DNA of 62,657 bases, filler included, from Choristocarpus tenellus KU-1152 (GCA_964200185.2; 10 parts of 10 records of this genome joined end to end with filler, not necessarily neighbours in it), one strand, 5' to 3'; shown: positions 10,762 through 26,329, counted from the first letter of the whole stretch. Notes: generated by a model from the sequence alone, not told the origin. Program-made: numbers and translations.

Positions 10762-13700
10762 NNNNNNNNNNNNNNNNNNNNNNNNNNNNNNNNNNNNNNN
10801 NNNNNTTAATTAATTAANNNNNNNNNNNNNNNNNNNNNNNNNNNNNNNNNNNNNNNNNNNNCCCTCTCCCCCCCTCCCCCCCTCCCCCACTTGTTTAGTT
10901 TGGTGTAATTTTTTTCCCCGTCAGTGATGTGCCTTATCAGTTACTTTATCATATTCATATTCATTTTCTATCTCCAATTTCTTCAGGAAGAGTATTTCAT
11001 AACAATTTAGACCCTTTATTTTATCATCCTCAACGTCTCCAGACTTTAGTGATTCCGGCTACATCCTTCCAAACTCCTGATTTTTTCTTCTTTTTATGTA
11101 TGCTCTACTCTACTTCTCTTTAATATTGAGAGTTAGGGTTAGGGATAGTACGCTCTGATGGAATGAACAAAGATATGACAGTTTTTTTTAACAACTACCT
11201 CCGTTACAAAGGCTACTACCACTGCTACTAAGACTACTACTACTCACGTGTATAGGAAGGTGTGTGAGTATGGGGCTGGTATACATCTCAGGAGTGTTGC
11301 ATGTCAGATGTCTCTTTGACATGTTGGGTGGATACACAATGGGACTCCAGAGCCCAAGCCTTTTGTTTGAGTGTAATTGTAATTGGGAAGTGCTGGCAAC
11401 AAGAGTATAATATAGTGTGAAGTAATTAATTTGTTAATACTTTAATTTGTGTGATACTTTCAAGTTGTGACTGAGAATCTTACACCATGCTTGACCGGGT
11501 GGTTTGGATGGTTTGCTTCAATGCTTTCCTCTCCATGTTTGTGCATGTTGACCAAAAATCATGACCCTGCTTGATGTTATCAGAGAGGAGAACCCTCAAG
11601 GGGGTGATTGCAGGGAGAGAGGGATTGCAGCACTGAGCATGATCCTAGCCATCATTGGCATATGCTCTGGGGAAGGGGCCTTGTTGGTGATGGTTGGCAT
11701 AACTGCAATGCTTGTAAAGAGAAAAAAATGAGAGCAACTGGGGAGTCTAGATGAAGGTGAGGTTAGAAGAGATAGAGGCAAAGGAGAACCGTTGTTACGA
11801 GGAAGAAGAATATTGGATTTGTGGAAATGAATAGTAACATGAGATTGGCCTCTTCATTTTTTACTCTTCTGAGAGATGTTGGGGTTTGGGGTGTGTTGGA
11901 CCAGGATGTTGCCATATGGTGAGGAAGGCGATATTACTTTGTTTTGTAGATAAAAACGGACTCCATTAATGAGCAATAGATTGAGAAAGGGTAATTTCTT
12001 TGTCACTATCAATCAATGTGCTTACTGTACAATAGTATATAGTATTTATGAAGACCTACACTTGGAAGTAGAGTTTTTTATTTGACAATTTTTATTCAAT
12101 GAAATTATCAGTATTTTTGTAGCAATGAGGAGTTTATTATTATATTTTTGATCTGGGGCTGATTATACGGCTGATTTTAATCAGACCAATCTCGATTAAA
12201 TCTGATATGGAATATTTCTTGACTGATTGTTGCATTATTATGTGAGTCATCTAGGTGTGTCACCTGTAAATGCCTTCAAATGTTACTGTTTGTGTTGTGT
12301 GTATGTAAGGACATAAGCGTACTCACACATGTTAGCCTCATTGATTTTTGCCTGTGTGGAGGGGGGGGGCCTCACTAGGCAAGAGAACTGTCTTCTGTTG
12401 TGACTGTGGTGCTTGCCAACTTGTAATGACCAATATGATCAATTGCTATTAACAGGCTGTAATCAATAGCTGAACTGTTTACAATTGGAAATTGCCTATC
12501 CACGTGGTTCATAACTCTTTGGTTTCATTGGTTGATTTTTGGTTTAAGCATCTATATATATTTGGAATTGTGGGAAAGTGTATAAATGTGGTAGGTTTTG
12601 GTGAACAGTACGGTAGAAACAGTTGTAGTTCGTTTGTACCGATTTATTATATTTTATTTCTAGCTTATTTTTAATTTTTGCGGTATGAATCTATGGGCAA
12701 ACAGATTGAGTAGGAAAGTGGGTGATTTGAATGTGGATGCCGAAAAGTGGGGTAAATTAAGACAGCATTAAAAAGAAGCAGGATGGTTACTTTGCATTGG
12801 TGTGATGAACATCTTTCTAATGGTAACACTTTTCATATACTGACTACTGAGTTGAAGGTACCACTAATGGTGTGTACAGAGTAGACATGTGACTGGACCG
12901 TATCTTTTAGAAACTGTCATCATGAAACCGATCATTTAGTTTGTACTGATGATTATTGAAAAATACAGCGGAAGGACTTTTTTGATGTGAGGAAGTACTA
13001 TCTTGTCTTAGGGGGGGATCTCTCATTGAGTAGTTGGGGTTGTCCTACTGACTCCCTTCTGGTACACGTGCTTCTACCACTCTGAAGGGTGATTTCACAA
13101 TTGTTAAGGTTAGGGCTAGCTGCATTTTAGGGATGGGAGTATAGTGTCATGCAGGAGGTTAAAAAAAACCCAAGTAGTAAAAAGGGTCTAAATCGACCTC
13201 CTCTAAGATAGAATGACTCCAATTTTGGGGTGTACTCTCTTTTTGTTCTCTCTCCTTTGGTATGTCTTGAGTGTAGTATGTATAGGTAGGGTTGAGGAAC
13301 AATATTGGAATATTCTTTGTGGTATGAATATTGAAGTTTTCGTGCTAAGAAAATGAACATTTTATAAAATGATAGTTTAGATTCAGTATTTGTAAGGAGA
13401 AGAATTTTGATCCCTGTAAATGGTAGAAGTGTATACAATTAAGTAACTTTTCCATCAACCAATCATCTCTCTTTCTTGTATACATACACGAATGTATTCA
13501 TCTTTTTTGAACCATGTTCATGCATTCCATGTATAGAGCTCCATGTATCTTTGTGCTCATTTATACCAAGAAAATTTTCTGTTTGTACAAAATATCTGTG
13601 GGAATATATATTCAGCTCCAACAACTATTTTTTTATTTTATGTAGGAGACTCTGTCTGTTGCAGTAAGTGCAGACAGGAAGGCGTTCTTGTGATGAGTCT

Positions 13701-14709
13701 TGAGGCCACTGAAGGCATGTCTTGTTCTTGTGACTGAAGTGAAATCTTTTGGTGCACTTAAAAAAAAAAAATTGTGTTGTGCTCTATATTTGGCAGTTAC
13801 AGACAAAGGTTGGATCATATCATTGTTTATATACGATCATGGGGAGGGAGAGAGGAGGATGAATTGTTCGGGCTCGGTTGTGTTGTTGAATTAGTAGCAG
13901 CTGATATGTTTTTCCAATCATGTATAATCCTTTTCTTATCATAATGTGATCATTGGTTCCTCCTCCTGAACTCACTCAAGACGTGTGTGACACTCAATAA
14001 TACACTAGCAAAAGAAGAACTAAAATGTGAGGAATGATATGTCCTAGATATTGAAGCACACTACTTGTTACCTACCCCTATCCCACATTTTTTCTTTTTT
14101 TAAATGAATCTCTAAATTTTCTTTGCCATCTCCAGAATTACGAACAACAATAGAGTTTAGGGTGTGAGTGTACTTATTTCTACTACTTGTTTGAAGTACA
14201 TTATTGTGATTGTCTGCAACAAGAGTAGTTAATGTTGATGGACGATCCCAACCCATGGCCAAAGGCACTACACATTACATTACTTCTCTTACTAGCTGCA
14301 TACTGACTGTTGCTCTATGGCTACTTGTGCTGCCTCCATTCCTGCCTTGCTTTTTGTGAGTTGGGTCCAGCAATCCCACTTCTCATCTCTCTACCTCCTG
14401 GTTGCCATGAATGTTGGTTGTTGGCTCCCACCCCCCCCAAAAAAAACTTCAGTTACAAGAAAAACAAGAAGAGGCTCCCACAACAATAACACAGCACAGT
14501 TGTTCCCACTTGGTGGGTTTCATTATTCATAGTGTGTGCAAGTGATCGATGCATCACATTGTATTACACAAAAGGTGCAAGGCTGGCTGAGGGAGCATTG
14601 GTCGTATTGTACGTACCTAAAACGATCAAGATGTGGTAAGAAGCACCAGAAAAGGGCAAAGAGTCTTTAAGTGGTGGTAGCACTACAGAGCAGTTACACA
14701 CTGGTGAGA

Positions 14710-14780
14710 GTCCTTGTGGCTCAGTGGGTAAGGAGATTGTTTGTTGCATGAATTTCGCAGGTTTGAACCGCATCGACACC
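14710..14780 (+). mobile_element. tRNA-derived SINE head or tRNA pseudogene
   Basis: A-box-like TGGCTCAGTGGG and B-box-like GGTTTGAACC at tRNA-like spacing; no clean cloverleaf. Confidence 0.45.
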
Positions 14781-15429
14781 GTATCTCTTTCAATGGAAAA
14801 TGTTTTTGATTATCCCAGGTCTTTGTGGCAACCACAATGGATTGTACACCTGTACTGTCCTGTCTGTCACTATCCCACAAAAAATTTGGGACCAAGATCG
14901 AGATGGTAATTTTGAGGAGGGCTTGAACCATTGAACCAAGTTATTTATCCCTACAGAGGCCTGATCCATTTCAGACATGAGTGAGTCCCACCAAAAGAAA
15001 TAAAAGGATAGCCAGAATGGAAGGTATGGGTCAAGGGCAAAGTATATGCTTCAAATGCATCAAGAGGAAGGCTGCCTACCTGAGCAACAGAGGAAGTATG
15101 TTTGACTGAGGAGTCAAATTTCCCACCGACTCTTGGCCTCTGTTCGACACCCTGTTGAACTCTTCTCACTCGATATGCTACTCCTACTAATAATAGTGGT
15201 ATTAGTCTCTATGCAAGAACAACGCTGGACAGGTCATTACATGAAACGGAATTGTTAACAACAAAGCAAGAAGAACTAATTTTCCGCTTCCCCCCTCCCA
15301 AGAAATAGTGCTGCTACTACCATGTGATCCTGATGAACATAGTCACATACACTTGTGATCAACCTCTAAATAAATGAAGCATAGACAAAAAATATGAAGT
15401 CATAGTCATACCATGGTCCCCATTTGCAT

Positions 15430-15760
15430 AAACGATGTGATGCAACAACAAGTGTGTCAGTAAACTGAGTACAACAATAGCAGAGCTCAGCTAAATCATA
15501 ACTATGTCAAGAGTAAGCATTTGGACATAACAAACCACAAAACACCACAGTGCCAAAGAAGATATTGTGCGAATCGTAAAGATGAATGAGCAGTTTATTG
15601 ATTGACTCGAAACAATCTGATATTAACTCAATAGAGAGTCGAGTATGTGCAGAGAACACAAGGTATCCACAAGGAAATGTCCAGCACTATGTGAGGAAGA
15701 TCAAACTGAATCCTTCAGTGTAAGCACACAGCATCAGATGACTGACAATAACTGACCTGA
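15430..15760 (+). mobile_element. Ty1/copia RNase H remnant, heavily decayed
   Basis: Fragments LSTTIAEL (like LST.EAEY), KSKHLDITNH (like KHIDI.YH) and VSTQHQMTD (like V.T..Q.AD) in the expected order across frameshifts. Confidence 0.55.
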
Positions 15761-18240
15761 TTTTAATCGAGATGTTGTACTATTACGTGATTAAATGACT
15801 ATACTCGAACTCGTTTTTTTGTTATTCAGAGCCCCAAAAGGACCACAATGTTGCTATAGTGCCAAGGGAAATCGAGTGAGTGTAGTTCGCACTACAATGA
15901 TCTTGAAGTACATCATTCCTACAACACCAGCAACGGAGGGCTTGACTGTGAAAAAGACCAACACAATACGCAGCTGTACAATTAATATTTTTAGAATACT
16001 TCTCATACTTACTACAACTAAAATAAAGAAGTACCAGAACTAAGTGTTGAACTATGAGTGACACTCTAATAATAGTGGTTGTATTGCCTCCCTTCTCGCC
16101 TCGCTTCCTTCTTGGGCGTTCGGTTCAGTCATTCCGCAATGTTGGTTGGTCCGCCTCCTCCCTCGAATCTTGTGTTGTACTGGGCCCACCGGCCCCCCGC
16201 AATGAAAAGCCTTATCGCCTCGTTTGGGTCTCCCTCGTTCTTGTGGTATAGCCTCAGATAGGATGCTTGTATCCAAAACATCAGTACTGCGAAGCAACTA
16301 TTAAAATGTAGTATATTTACAACAGTAGAGGTAGGTGTGCAATACGTAGACTTTGGATACACGATATTCTCCAGAAGAAGTTTAGTGTTGACAGGACTTG
16401 AAAGAAGGAGATTCATTCTGGGATCAGTCTTTGTTCACCATTAAGCTAGGATGATTTCTTAGAACTTTCATGCTATATGTATGTTGTTGTTTTTTGTTGA
16501 CAAGAAAAAGAGTCTGTTGGTGTCTATTGTGGATTTGGTGTTTCGAGTTTTGAATCAACCAGTGTACTTCATACCTTTCGATGAATGCAAGCATGACAAG
16601 CCACCAAGGTGAGATGCCTGTATCCCCGAAACCTTCTTATTCGATGCCATGAGATGGCGCGGCGTGAGGGTGGTGTTAGCTCTCGGTATGTGGCTACTTT
16701 TTGCTGCGTTGATATAGCTCGTTTAGTATCCTTAGGAGGTAGCCTGTCGGTTTCGCGGTCATGGATACCTTATAACCTGAAGATAGCTGTGGTTCTATGG
16801 GGTCTCGGCCGTCACAGACAAGTTAGATATGTGATCTGAATTTTATGACCTTCCGATCAATCCAGATGATGAAGGTGGCGTGTTTGGTCCACAAGATCCA
16901 CGAAATAGGGTTGTTGCCCAACCAGTCTCTTGGTTTATCTATTTTGGACCTTAGACCTTAGAGAGTGGATACCTCGACCCGAGTAATGTCGAAGGCCTTA
17001 TGTAGGAGCCAAATTGAGGGTGATCGAACATGTTGTGGGCTCAGGATGTTCGGTTCCTGATCTATCTCTCGAAAGTGGATGTCTGCTGGTTGTGTTGCTC
17101 ACTACAAGGATCTCGACTGGAGTTGTATCGAGGTAGTTAGTATTGCTGTGCATGGCAGATGTTAGATAGCCCAAGCGCATGATTCATTACTTCCATTGTG
17201 TCCAGTGGTTTCGTAGGGAGATGATTTCACCCTTGCGACCCACTGCGAATCAATCACATGAACGTTATCCAGTTGTTACTCACTCTCCAGCCCCATTCCA
17301 CTCGTCCTATCTGGCTACGCTCCGAGGACCTTAATGTGTTTTTCTTGTGTTGCATTTACAAGTGAAATTCCAAACGGATTCTGTGTCTTATCCCCTAAAC
17401 GTTCACCGATTGACGTCCCCCCCCCCCTTGCCTCCCACCGCTGCATAGCATTGACTCCATCCATAAAGAGAGAATTGCTTCCCCTAAGTTCCTCTTCCAC
17501 CTCACCAGTACAGTACATTTGCCTTCGTCAGTAGAGCTCAATGTGAACTCCTTCCCCCTTCGTCTCCTCTCGTAACTCTTTCCTCATCTGCATATCCGAC
17601 AACCATTCCCCCTCTTCAAATGTGATTCTTCAACGCCTGGACATCCCCTGGCCCATCGTTGTTGTCTCCTTTTAGTCACACGTGACGAGGTATTGCTCGT
17701 GATTGTTGGAGCATTCCTGGCACTAGGCGTTTTTGTAACTCTCTAGGAAACATCCCAAGTCAGACACTGATGATGATGTCATTCTTTCCACAAACTGCAA
17801 TACGTGTGGCTGCTCAAAGTCGAAAGATCTAGCCTTTCCTTTGCTGCATCTCAATCTGTGATGGATTGTTTGACGATACTACAGAGTATGTAGTACAGCT
17901 CCACACCAATACTACATACCCAGTCTCTCGTCCTGCTGCTCCTTTCTGGCTATCTTCTGTTGTGTGCCCGTGTTCTGGGTTCTCATACTTGTCCTTCCTA
18001 TCCTGGACTTGCAGAAGAAAGAGTCATGGAGAGGAGAAGGAGGATGGAGCGAGTTCGTCAGAGATGTGAGATATGTGACCAGGACTGGAGCAGGCCAGCT
18101 GCAACAGTATCGATGCAATGTGTTGCCCCAGTGGACCTTAATCGTCCCCCAAGCAGAGGTCACCATGAAGTAAATGCATGTCTTGGAAGCTTTCACTTGG
18201 TTATGGAATGGAAATTTGTATATTTACCTTCAATGTGTTC

Positions 18241-18271
<31 letters not shown>

Positions 18272-18989
18272 GTCCTTATCTATGGGACGATATCAGGGGT
18301 CTGCATCCCCCCTTGGTGTAGTGTCATATTCTTTTCTTCTAAATCTACCTTCTACATGCCACCTGTCCTGCCTTTCTAATATCTTATGCCTACCTCTCAA
18401 TCCCCATTTTCTATGCTAATGCACCATCCTTTGCACCCTCATGAACAACAGTACCATGCTTGAGTCGGCAGCGGTGGGCCGCAAGGGAAGGGATGGAATG
18501 TAGGAGAAGGAGAAAGACTTATTGGAGGAGGAGAAGGACGAGGAATTGGAGGTAAGTTTGCAGCTTGCACACTCGCTCGTTTCCATGCACTTGATACTTG
18601 GCGACACACAGTAAATTACGTTTAGGGAGAGTGGGAGAGAGAGTTGCAGTTAGATGGTCAGTACTCCAGAGTATTGTATCTAATTGCGTACAATACATTG
18701 ACTATCGGGCTGAATAGATGCAGGGGCGTATGTGTGCACATGAGCTGTCCACCACTGTTGCAAGCAAACAAGCAAACACCGATGGTTCACAACACCCTGG
18801 TGAAGATTTTTTTCATCATTTTTCCTCTTTATGTGGGACGGTTGACCCTCCACCTCTCATCATACGCACCAGAAGATAATTGAGAGTTCTATGAGGAATG
18901 ACCTTCGATGGCGATGTCTTATCATAGGACAGACAAGTTCCATGAAAATATTCATGTAACTGTTTTTTTTGGGGGGGGGAGGTTGGTCG

Positions 18990-19125
18990 ATGTTTCGATT
19001 GTGCTGACTATCTCGAGGGTATATTTGCCAATTCTCCTTGCTGGGAGTGCTGTGAACACTTTTTTTTACATGGAGGGCTTCATGTCCACCAAGGATACGC
19101 AGTACCATAGCAATATATATGCATT
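18990..19125 (+). mobile_element. hAT transposase C-terminal dimerisation-domain remnant
   Basis: Degenerate 'RV...P..S...E.FF...GFMSTKD' resembles the hAT 'L.IP.SSA..ER.FS......TK.R' motif. Confidence 0.35.
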
Positions 19126-20439
19126 GGACATACTGTATTTTGATTGATACACCAACACCAAGCAGTAGTGTAGATGAGATAAAAAAATATGTACAAAGTG
19201 AGAGGAGGGGATGTTTCCACAACAGTGCATCCTATTGGGTCAATGTGATTCAAGAGGGTTTTGTTATGTTAGTATATATGTGCTGTATATTGCTCCTTAC
19301 GCAAAATATCTTATCCTGTATGCCCTCAATGTTGGTGTGAGTCCTAGCAATGGCCTCTTGTGTGAGATCCTCTGTGATTGAGATTTAGAGTAAACGAGAG
19401 GTACCCAAAGTTTATAGTGACAATCGAGGAATCTACCCTCTCAAGTCAAACTTTACGCTCGATCCATTGAAATATGGGTGAATGGCAAGAGATTGAATAC
19501 TGGCTTACAATTAAATAACTGTAATAACTGGGTACTTGTTTACTTGGCTCTCAGTTCAGACCAGTATGTAATTTTTTGAGTTCTGTAAATAACTACAGTA
19601 TCCATGCCAAGTACTTGTAAGAAAAACACTGTAAAGTGTTGAGCAGTAGGTATAATAGAGTGTATAGAACAATATTTGTATAAATTTACCGCTTTTTTTC
19701 TGTACAGTTATTTACAGCCATATCACGGAATTTTATGTCGGTAGTAGTTGAGATAGAGAGTACCCTATCTTTGGATGACGCCCTACCAGTCACTTTTTTT
19801 TTCGTATGCATGTGTGAAGGAAATATCCCTTGAAATGGAGAGTATTTCATGGTGGTTGTTAGAGGACACTCTGAGGTAACGCCATCTGTGCACTCGGAAC
19901 ACACCTCCACATTTTCACACATACCATTCATTGTTCGGAGATCGTGCGTTATGGACTGAATTGACTTGAGTGTTTGCCGGACAATGGAAGTTGTAGAGAA
20001 ACGGCCCTGAGCGCTGTCCAGAACAAGATATGTTGTAGGGCAAAAACAGGATAACGGACAGTATGGAGCAAATTAATCGGCCAGAATGTTTGCTGGACAA
20101 TGGCAGTTTTCTAGAGCAAAAGGTGCAGAACATTGCTCTGAGTGACAGTAAAAGTCGAAGGATGGCGCAGCTTACCTTCGTTTAATCAAGGGTATGACAA
20201 CAGCTCTACCTGTTAGTACTTGTATCAAGGATACGCTTTCTGAGGACTTCACAGAATGGTCCACAGATAAATCTGGAGAAATCGGCGGAGTACTTACACC
20301 TCAATTAAGTGGGGGAAAGAAAACAGAGTAAGGCAAATGCTTATCTCTTCACATCAAAATAGTCTGAGAACTATTCAGACTTACCACTGTAGACAATGCA
20401 GTTTCTCACATTAACAAGTACTACTCTTAAGTACCTCTT

Positions 20440-21000
20440 ACCCTATTACTCATTGTAATGCCTCCGTTCCTGCCTTGCTTCTTGCACGCTGGGTTCAGTC
20501 ATCCCACCACTCATCTCTCCATCTCTGTACTCCATCCAATCTTGTTGGAGAACCTCCTCAGTGCCTCTGGGCAATGAAGCCTTCCTTTCCACCTGGTTCT
20601 TGATCTGATATTTTTGTGGTATTGTGATAGGTGATAGGATGATGGTGGACTCAGCCATGGAAACCAGTGAATTCAATGATAAGTATGGATGGCGTTGATG
20701 GTGTTCCCACCTGTAAATTCATGAAGGCAACACACAGGGCAACACAGTGACAGCGATGTATTTCCTTTGGGGGTCGCTATAATTTGGCGTCTAGAAAGCA
20801 TGTGCAGATCTCACACCAAGGACCTTTTCCTACCCTCAAAGAGGTGATTCGTGTCGAATTAAAGAGAGGTACTCTCCACCATTTCACCATGGTGGCAAAG
20901 GTCTCCCGTCCAGGTACCCCCATGTGTCCAACATGTTTATGGCACAAAGTGGTTCGAAATCGTGACAAAATGAAAACGTTGAAGACGTGCTATTACTTTA
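20440..21000 (-). mobile_element. Ty1/copia remnant with LTR-like tail
   Basis: TLCHKHVGHMG resembles the GAG-pre-integrase LWH.RLGH motif. Segment 20455-20510 resembles 16085-16140 (atgactgaacc...caagaag...ggaggca.tacaa on the minus strand). Confidence 0.4.
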
Positions 21001-23347
21001 GGAGCACTGTTTTGGTTGGAAGTTACGTCAAGTCAAGTCCAAGGGAAGGAAAGAAAATCGACTTGGAAGGAATACCTGAATTGTGTACGGTTTTGGTGGA
21101 CTTGGAATATGACAAGGGACTAGTCTGCCTTTATTTGTAGGTCATCTTGCGATCTTGGTCATGAGAATCTAGGTATCTTTTATTTTGGTTGTGTTGAAGG
21201 AAGAGCTTATTAAAGTGTTGAACCTTGGCAGCACTAAGGTGGAGTGAAATGTGAGGAAGAAGAGACCTCGACCCAACAGCAACTGTTCTCGAATGTTTTT
21301 GATAAATTTGTCTCACCACTAGCATTCGAAGCTCATAACTTACAGAGCCTAAGCCCAAGGTCTATACTCCTATAGTTTTCGAGACATCGTCACGACATCG
21401 TACTTGAGAGGAAAGTTGAGGTTACTTGAATGTCGAGTATCGTTGCGAAAACACAAGTCACCGGTGTGTGGTGTGAACATTATAGGAGGAAGAGTGAAGC
21501 GCAATACCCTGATCCATTTGAGAGCGGGGTTCCAGTCACTGAAGGCTGCTGTATCTCGTTATTTTTTAAGTTAAAAGGGGAAAGGTTCGCGATTAGATCT
21601 CTTCTATATTGTGCAGTACACGACCACATACGCAAACGCACACACTTGGGAGTAAATATGTTACTTGTCTTGACCAACCACTGAGCCCGTGTCCATAGTT
21701 GGCATATGGCGGGTTCTTTGGCAGCATCTGTGAGAGTAGTGAGCAGTGCTCTGTGCCTGCATGCTTCGGTTGGTCAAGAGTGTTATTCATATCCCACAGT
21801 AGTGAAGTGTTTGTCATTTATCCCAATGTTTCTCATAACCAACTACTATGGCTTTAGTACGGGTTTAATGAGGCTTGCTCCGCCACCCACACCTATCTCC
21901 CTAATACCCTCTCCACTCCCAATGCTTGATCTGGATGTGAACCTTCTGCCCTCGCACACATACACAGACATATGTGTTTAGGAACGTGCAGGTTCCTCTA
22001 TACCAAGTACAGGTGAGAATCGATAAAAACACCTGTTGTGTGCCTGGATGAAATAGAGGAATTTGTGTTTGTTGTCGTGAAGAGGGTTTCCTGAGTAAAC
22101 CAATTCGTTGCTTGTGCTCTGTCGATTTTGTAGTAGTAGTTGTGTGAGCACCCATCAGAGAAGGTGCAATCTACTGCAAGGACATGGTGCAGTGCTTGTC
22201 ATTGCAGGGACATGTTTGAGGGGTGTTGGGATCCTGTTTGTTGTGATAGGTGATGGTGATTGGTGTTGACAACATTGCACAGTGTTCTTTTTGTGTGTTC
22301 TTTGGAGATGATGTAGTGGGTCATATGGAATTGAGTCCATAGGGGCATGCCTTTGATCCAAGTGGTATCCCAATACAGACTCTACAATTGTGGAGCAATA
22401 TTATTCAAGGTATTCAACAGGAGATGGAAGCTGGAGTTCTCTTCCACACCCTACTATTTGTGCTCACACTTGTTACCCTACATCAAGACGAAGTGTAGTT
22501 GAATACAAATGACATGTAACTACTGTGAGTACTGCCAAAGTACTGTACCCAATCTAGAAATGATGAAAAGTACAGAATGACCCTTCCTTGGTTATGCAAA
22601 ACTTTGTGGTAACCATATTTTCACAGATTGTGCAGGGGAAGGAAAGGGAAGTGGAGTGACGTTGGAAGGACAGGGATGGTACACCCAATTGATGAGGAGG
22701 CTGGTAGACCTGGACCGCAGAGTTTGAACAGAGGTTGGGCTTGTGTCGAACCTCTGCAAGGCACGTGAGTGTGCGGTTAACTATAGAGCACTTTGAGGAG
22801 CTACAGTGTGCATTTAGTAGTTGATGTGGATATCCCGCTATGAAGTGGCCTGTGCATGCCACCTCATTATGGCTGCATGAGGGAATATCCCTGTGCATTG
22901 TTTGCAACCCCTTGGCTTTTGGGGTGCCGCTCTTTCCTCTCACTGGCTTCTTTCCCATGAATGTTTCAATCAGTCAAGCACAGTTTAAACCGGGTGGGCA
23001 TGTGTGAGGACACCTCGGGGTCGTGGGAAAACCTAGTGGAAGAAGTCGCTCTGTATGGACATGACAACAGGGAGTTGCTACAACCACTGCTTTCTGGTGA
23101 GTCCATGTAGCAATATGTTGAGTGTATGTTCACCAATAAGGCGCACATAGCTGATTGTGATCATCCTGGCATCAATATTAAGTCCCTTGCAATTTACCAG
23201 CCCTAGGATCCCTTGCATGATGACATTGCACCACTCTACACCTTGAGCCTTTCAATGTAGTTGTATGATCTGAATATCAGTTATTATTGACAGTTACACA
23301 TGTCGCTGAGCATGTTGTGTTGGTTTGAAGGGCAACTCTTCCTCTTC

Positions 23348-23378
<31 letters not shown>

Positions 23379-26329
23379 CCTCTGAGTGCTGTTATTGATC
23401 CCTTTTCCTTTTGGTGAAATATGTGACTTGAATCTGTTTTAGTCAATAGGATTGCAATTTTTCATTTTTGGTGCAAGCATGAATAGATGAAAATAGCGGC
23501 ATGATGCCTATTTATTTCATGTCAGGATCGGCCCTAACCCAAACCCCAACACTGCAAAATCCTTGTCTCATTCTGTGTCTCCATGTGTCCATTAATCATA
23601 CTTCCATCCAGACATGAACCATGTTGCTGCCGTGGACAGAGGCAGGTACGCCAATGCACTGGCGCTGCTTGCTAGGGTGAGCCGGGATAGCCACAGCACA
23701 GCAAGAGAGGTTCAGCAGATGAGTGACAGTGAGTGTACTGTCAAGAACTGTGCTGAGCTGATGTGCTAACATCATCATTGAGCAAACCTAGAGAAAAAAC
23801 AGCTGCTCATCCACTGCATGGTTGTTCAAGCGATGATAAGTGTATTTAGGCCGGGTGGGGACTGCATTTTTGCCCACCAGCGCCTCCAGGTCCTTACAAT
23901 ATGATCTCTGTATTACTATTAGCAGAAGATGTTATATGTCGTCTTTGTTGCATCCTTGACCTTGCCTTTACCCTTGTTTCCTTGCTGATGTTTGTACAGT
24001 ACTGTTGTCAAGTGCAATGGCCCAGCCTGTGGTTCAGTCAAGCGATCCAGCCTCAACTGTCTGTCCTTTGCCTCTCCTACCAGGATCTGCCAAGGTGAGG
24101 AAAGGGAAAAAGAGACAGGGGGTGGGGACGGGGAGGTTAGGATGGGTCAGGGCTCAGCTCACAAGGCGTTGTTACTCATGGGCAGATTGAGAGCCTGGTT
24201 GTAGAGTTGAAGTTGAACACACAGGATGGATTTGTTGCGTCCTCTACCAGGATTAATATCCCCATGACAATGGAAAGTGAAGTCATGACTGTAGCAGGAG
24301 GTTTGCTGTGACAAGAGGTGTTGCTGCTAAATAGGGAAGGCATGTTTGAGCACAGAACACCCCCTACCCCACTGCCTTCTCAAGGGGCAAGATGATTTTT
24401 GTAACAATGGAGCTCTTGATTGCCATGCAGTCATTCATCCTTGGGAGGACTGACTGAATAGATTCCCCCCCCTCCTGCACGTCTAGTTGATTGATATGTT
24501 CTTGGTCAAGAAAATGCACCCCAAAAGCTCTTTCGTGGGTTTGAAGATGTGAGCTTCCACAAAGAGGTAGAATAAAGGACAAGAAGGTTAATTTTCCATC
24601 ACCTTTGAAGGAGGCATTTCCTCAACTCCTACTGCCTGGCCCCTGTACTTGACCTTTCCTTTCCTGGTTGAGGTGCAGTCTAGAGATCTATCCCTCTTTC
24701 TCTCTCTGTACATGTATATATATATTGTTATTTTTATTCATATATACATACAAGACATGTCTGCGTAAGTGAGAAACAGCAATACTTGAGAAATTCCCAC
24801 TAACATTGTTGTTGATTTAAGGGGGGGGAGGTGTGGCATTTTTCTGATTAGGAACATTGAAGACCAACCTAGGTTGATCAAAAAGCAGAGTGGAATATGA
24901 ACAGTCTGAGGCAGAGAGAGATCTCGCCGTTGAGGGGTTTGTCAACGGTTGATTGTTGTGTGATACAGGAGCCTGAGGGAGCCCTCCTCCATCACCAGGG
25001 TTTAGAGAGGGAACAGAAGGAGATGCTGGAGATCTCCACTACTGCTGTTGCTACTGGTACAACCTCCACTACACTACATGTTTCTTCAACAGAGGGAAAA
25101 CCGGAAGAGGGAACTGAGGAGGAGGAAGAGGGTCATGAAGAAGATGAAGAGGGTGGAAGGGGTGGCCCTCCTCCCAGCATGGATGGAAGGAGGTGAGAGG
25201 GCCTCGTGGTTGCCTATGTCATGTACTGAATTTTTATTTTTTGCGTATGAAGTGTTGTGGGCGTCTTGAAACTGCCAGTGATAACTTCACCTCTAGTGTG
25301 TCTTTTGCAGTTACCAGTTGCTCATTTCAACTTGCAACTTAGTTGTGTGCAACAACAGTCATCAAGTCCTATTGTATTAGTAGTACAGGAATTCTTGAAC
25401 ACACCAAAAATGTCTGGAAACTGCAGCTTGACACTTGTACACTTGTTTACCCGATATTTGTTTGCATATTTTGTTGGGAAAAACATGCTCACACTTGGAC
25501 AAGTGTCTGTCTTTTGTCAACATATTTTTTCCGTCAGATTTCCTTTGGGCTGGTTCTGTGGTGGTATTCCTAACTGACGCATGCACACAAACATAAAGAC
25601 AGTACTATGCCTAAAGGTAACGACCTATGCAAGTGCACCGACACTGGCACTAGTGTTGTTGGTAAGAATCACCACTCAGTGTCATAGTGTATTTGTGTTG
25701 GGTACATGTTGATGCTCTCCCTAATTGTACACCATGCTTTTTTTCAGGGAAGCACTGGCGCATGGTGTGGTGGCAGGGATGCCAGTGGAGGCAAGAGTTG
25801 ACGAGTTCAAGGACAGGGAGGTCAGCCAACACAGTGGTGCATGTTAGATGGCAACAACAGGCTCATTCTTGTGTATGAGGGGACATGCAGGAGCGGGGAC
25901 AGGGGTTTTAAGTGTTATGTTACAGGTTGCAGGCAATAGTGAAGACCGCCAACACTTACCCATTGCCTCTTGATTGTGCCCAAGTGCCAACCTTGTGAGT
26001 TATTCAGTGTCCTTGTGCCCTTTTGTGCCCTTCCCTTGTGCATTTGTGATTTCCTTTCCCTTTCCCATTTTTTTGTTTTTACTCTGTTATGTTGGGGGTG
26101 GGGGGTATCGGGGACTCGATGAATGCTGACACATCCAGATCGTTCTCGAAGAGACCCTGACTTGGCTGGAGTATCGTGTGGCCGATCTGGAGTTGCATCA
26201 GGCAACTTTGGATGCCAGGGACGATGACCTATCAGCACAAGAAGCTGCCCTCCAAGCAAGGGAGTGGATGCTACAGGACCTTGCCCGCCCACTCAGCCTT
26301 TTCCTCGCTAAGATGTAGAATTTTGAAGA

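Noticed and set aside
11400-13450. Retroelement or Helitron coding remnant on the minus strand
   Set aside because: Composition suggests a decayed TE, but no diagnostic motif could be read.
14710-14780. Functional tRNA gene
   Set aside because: A and B boxes are present but the acceptor and anticodon stems do not pair; kept only as SINE-like.
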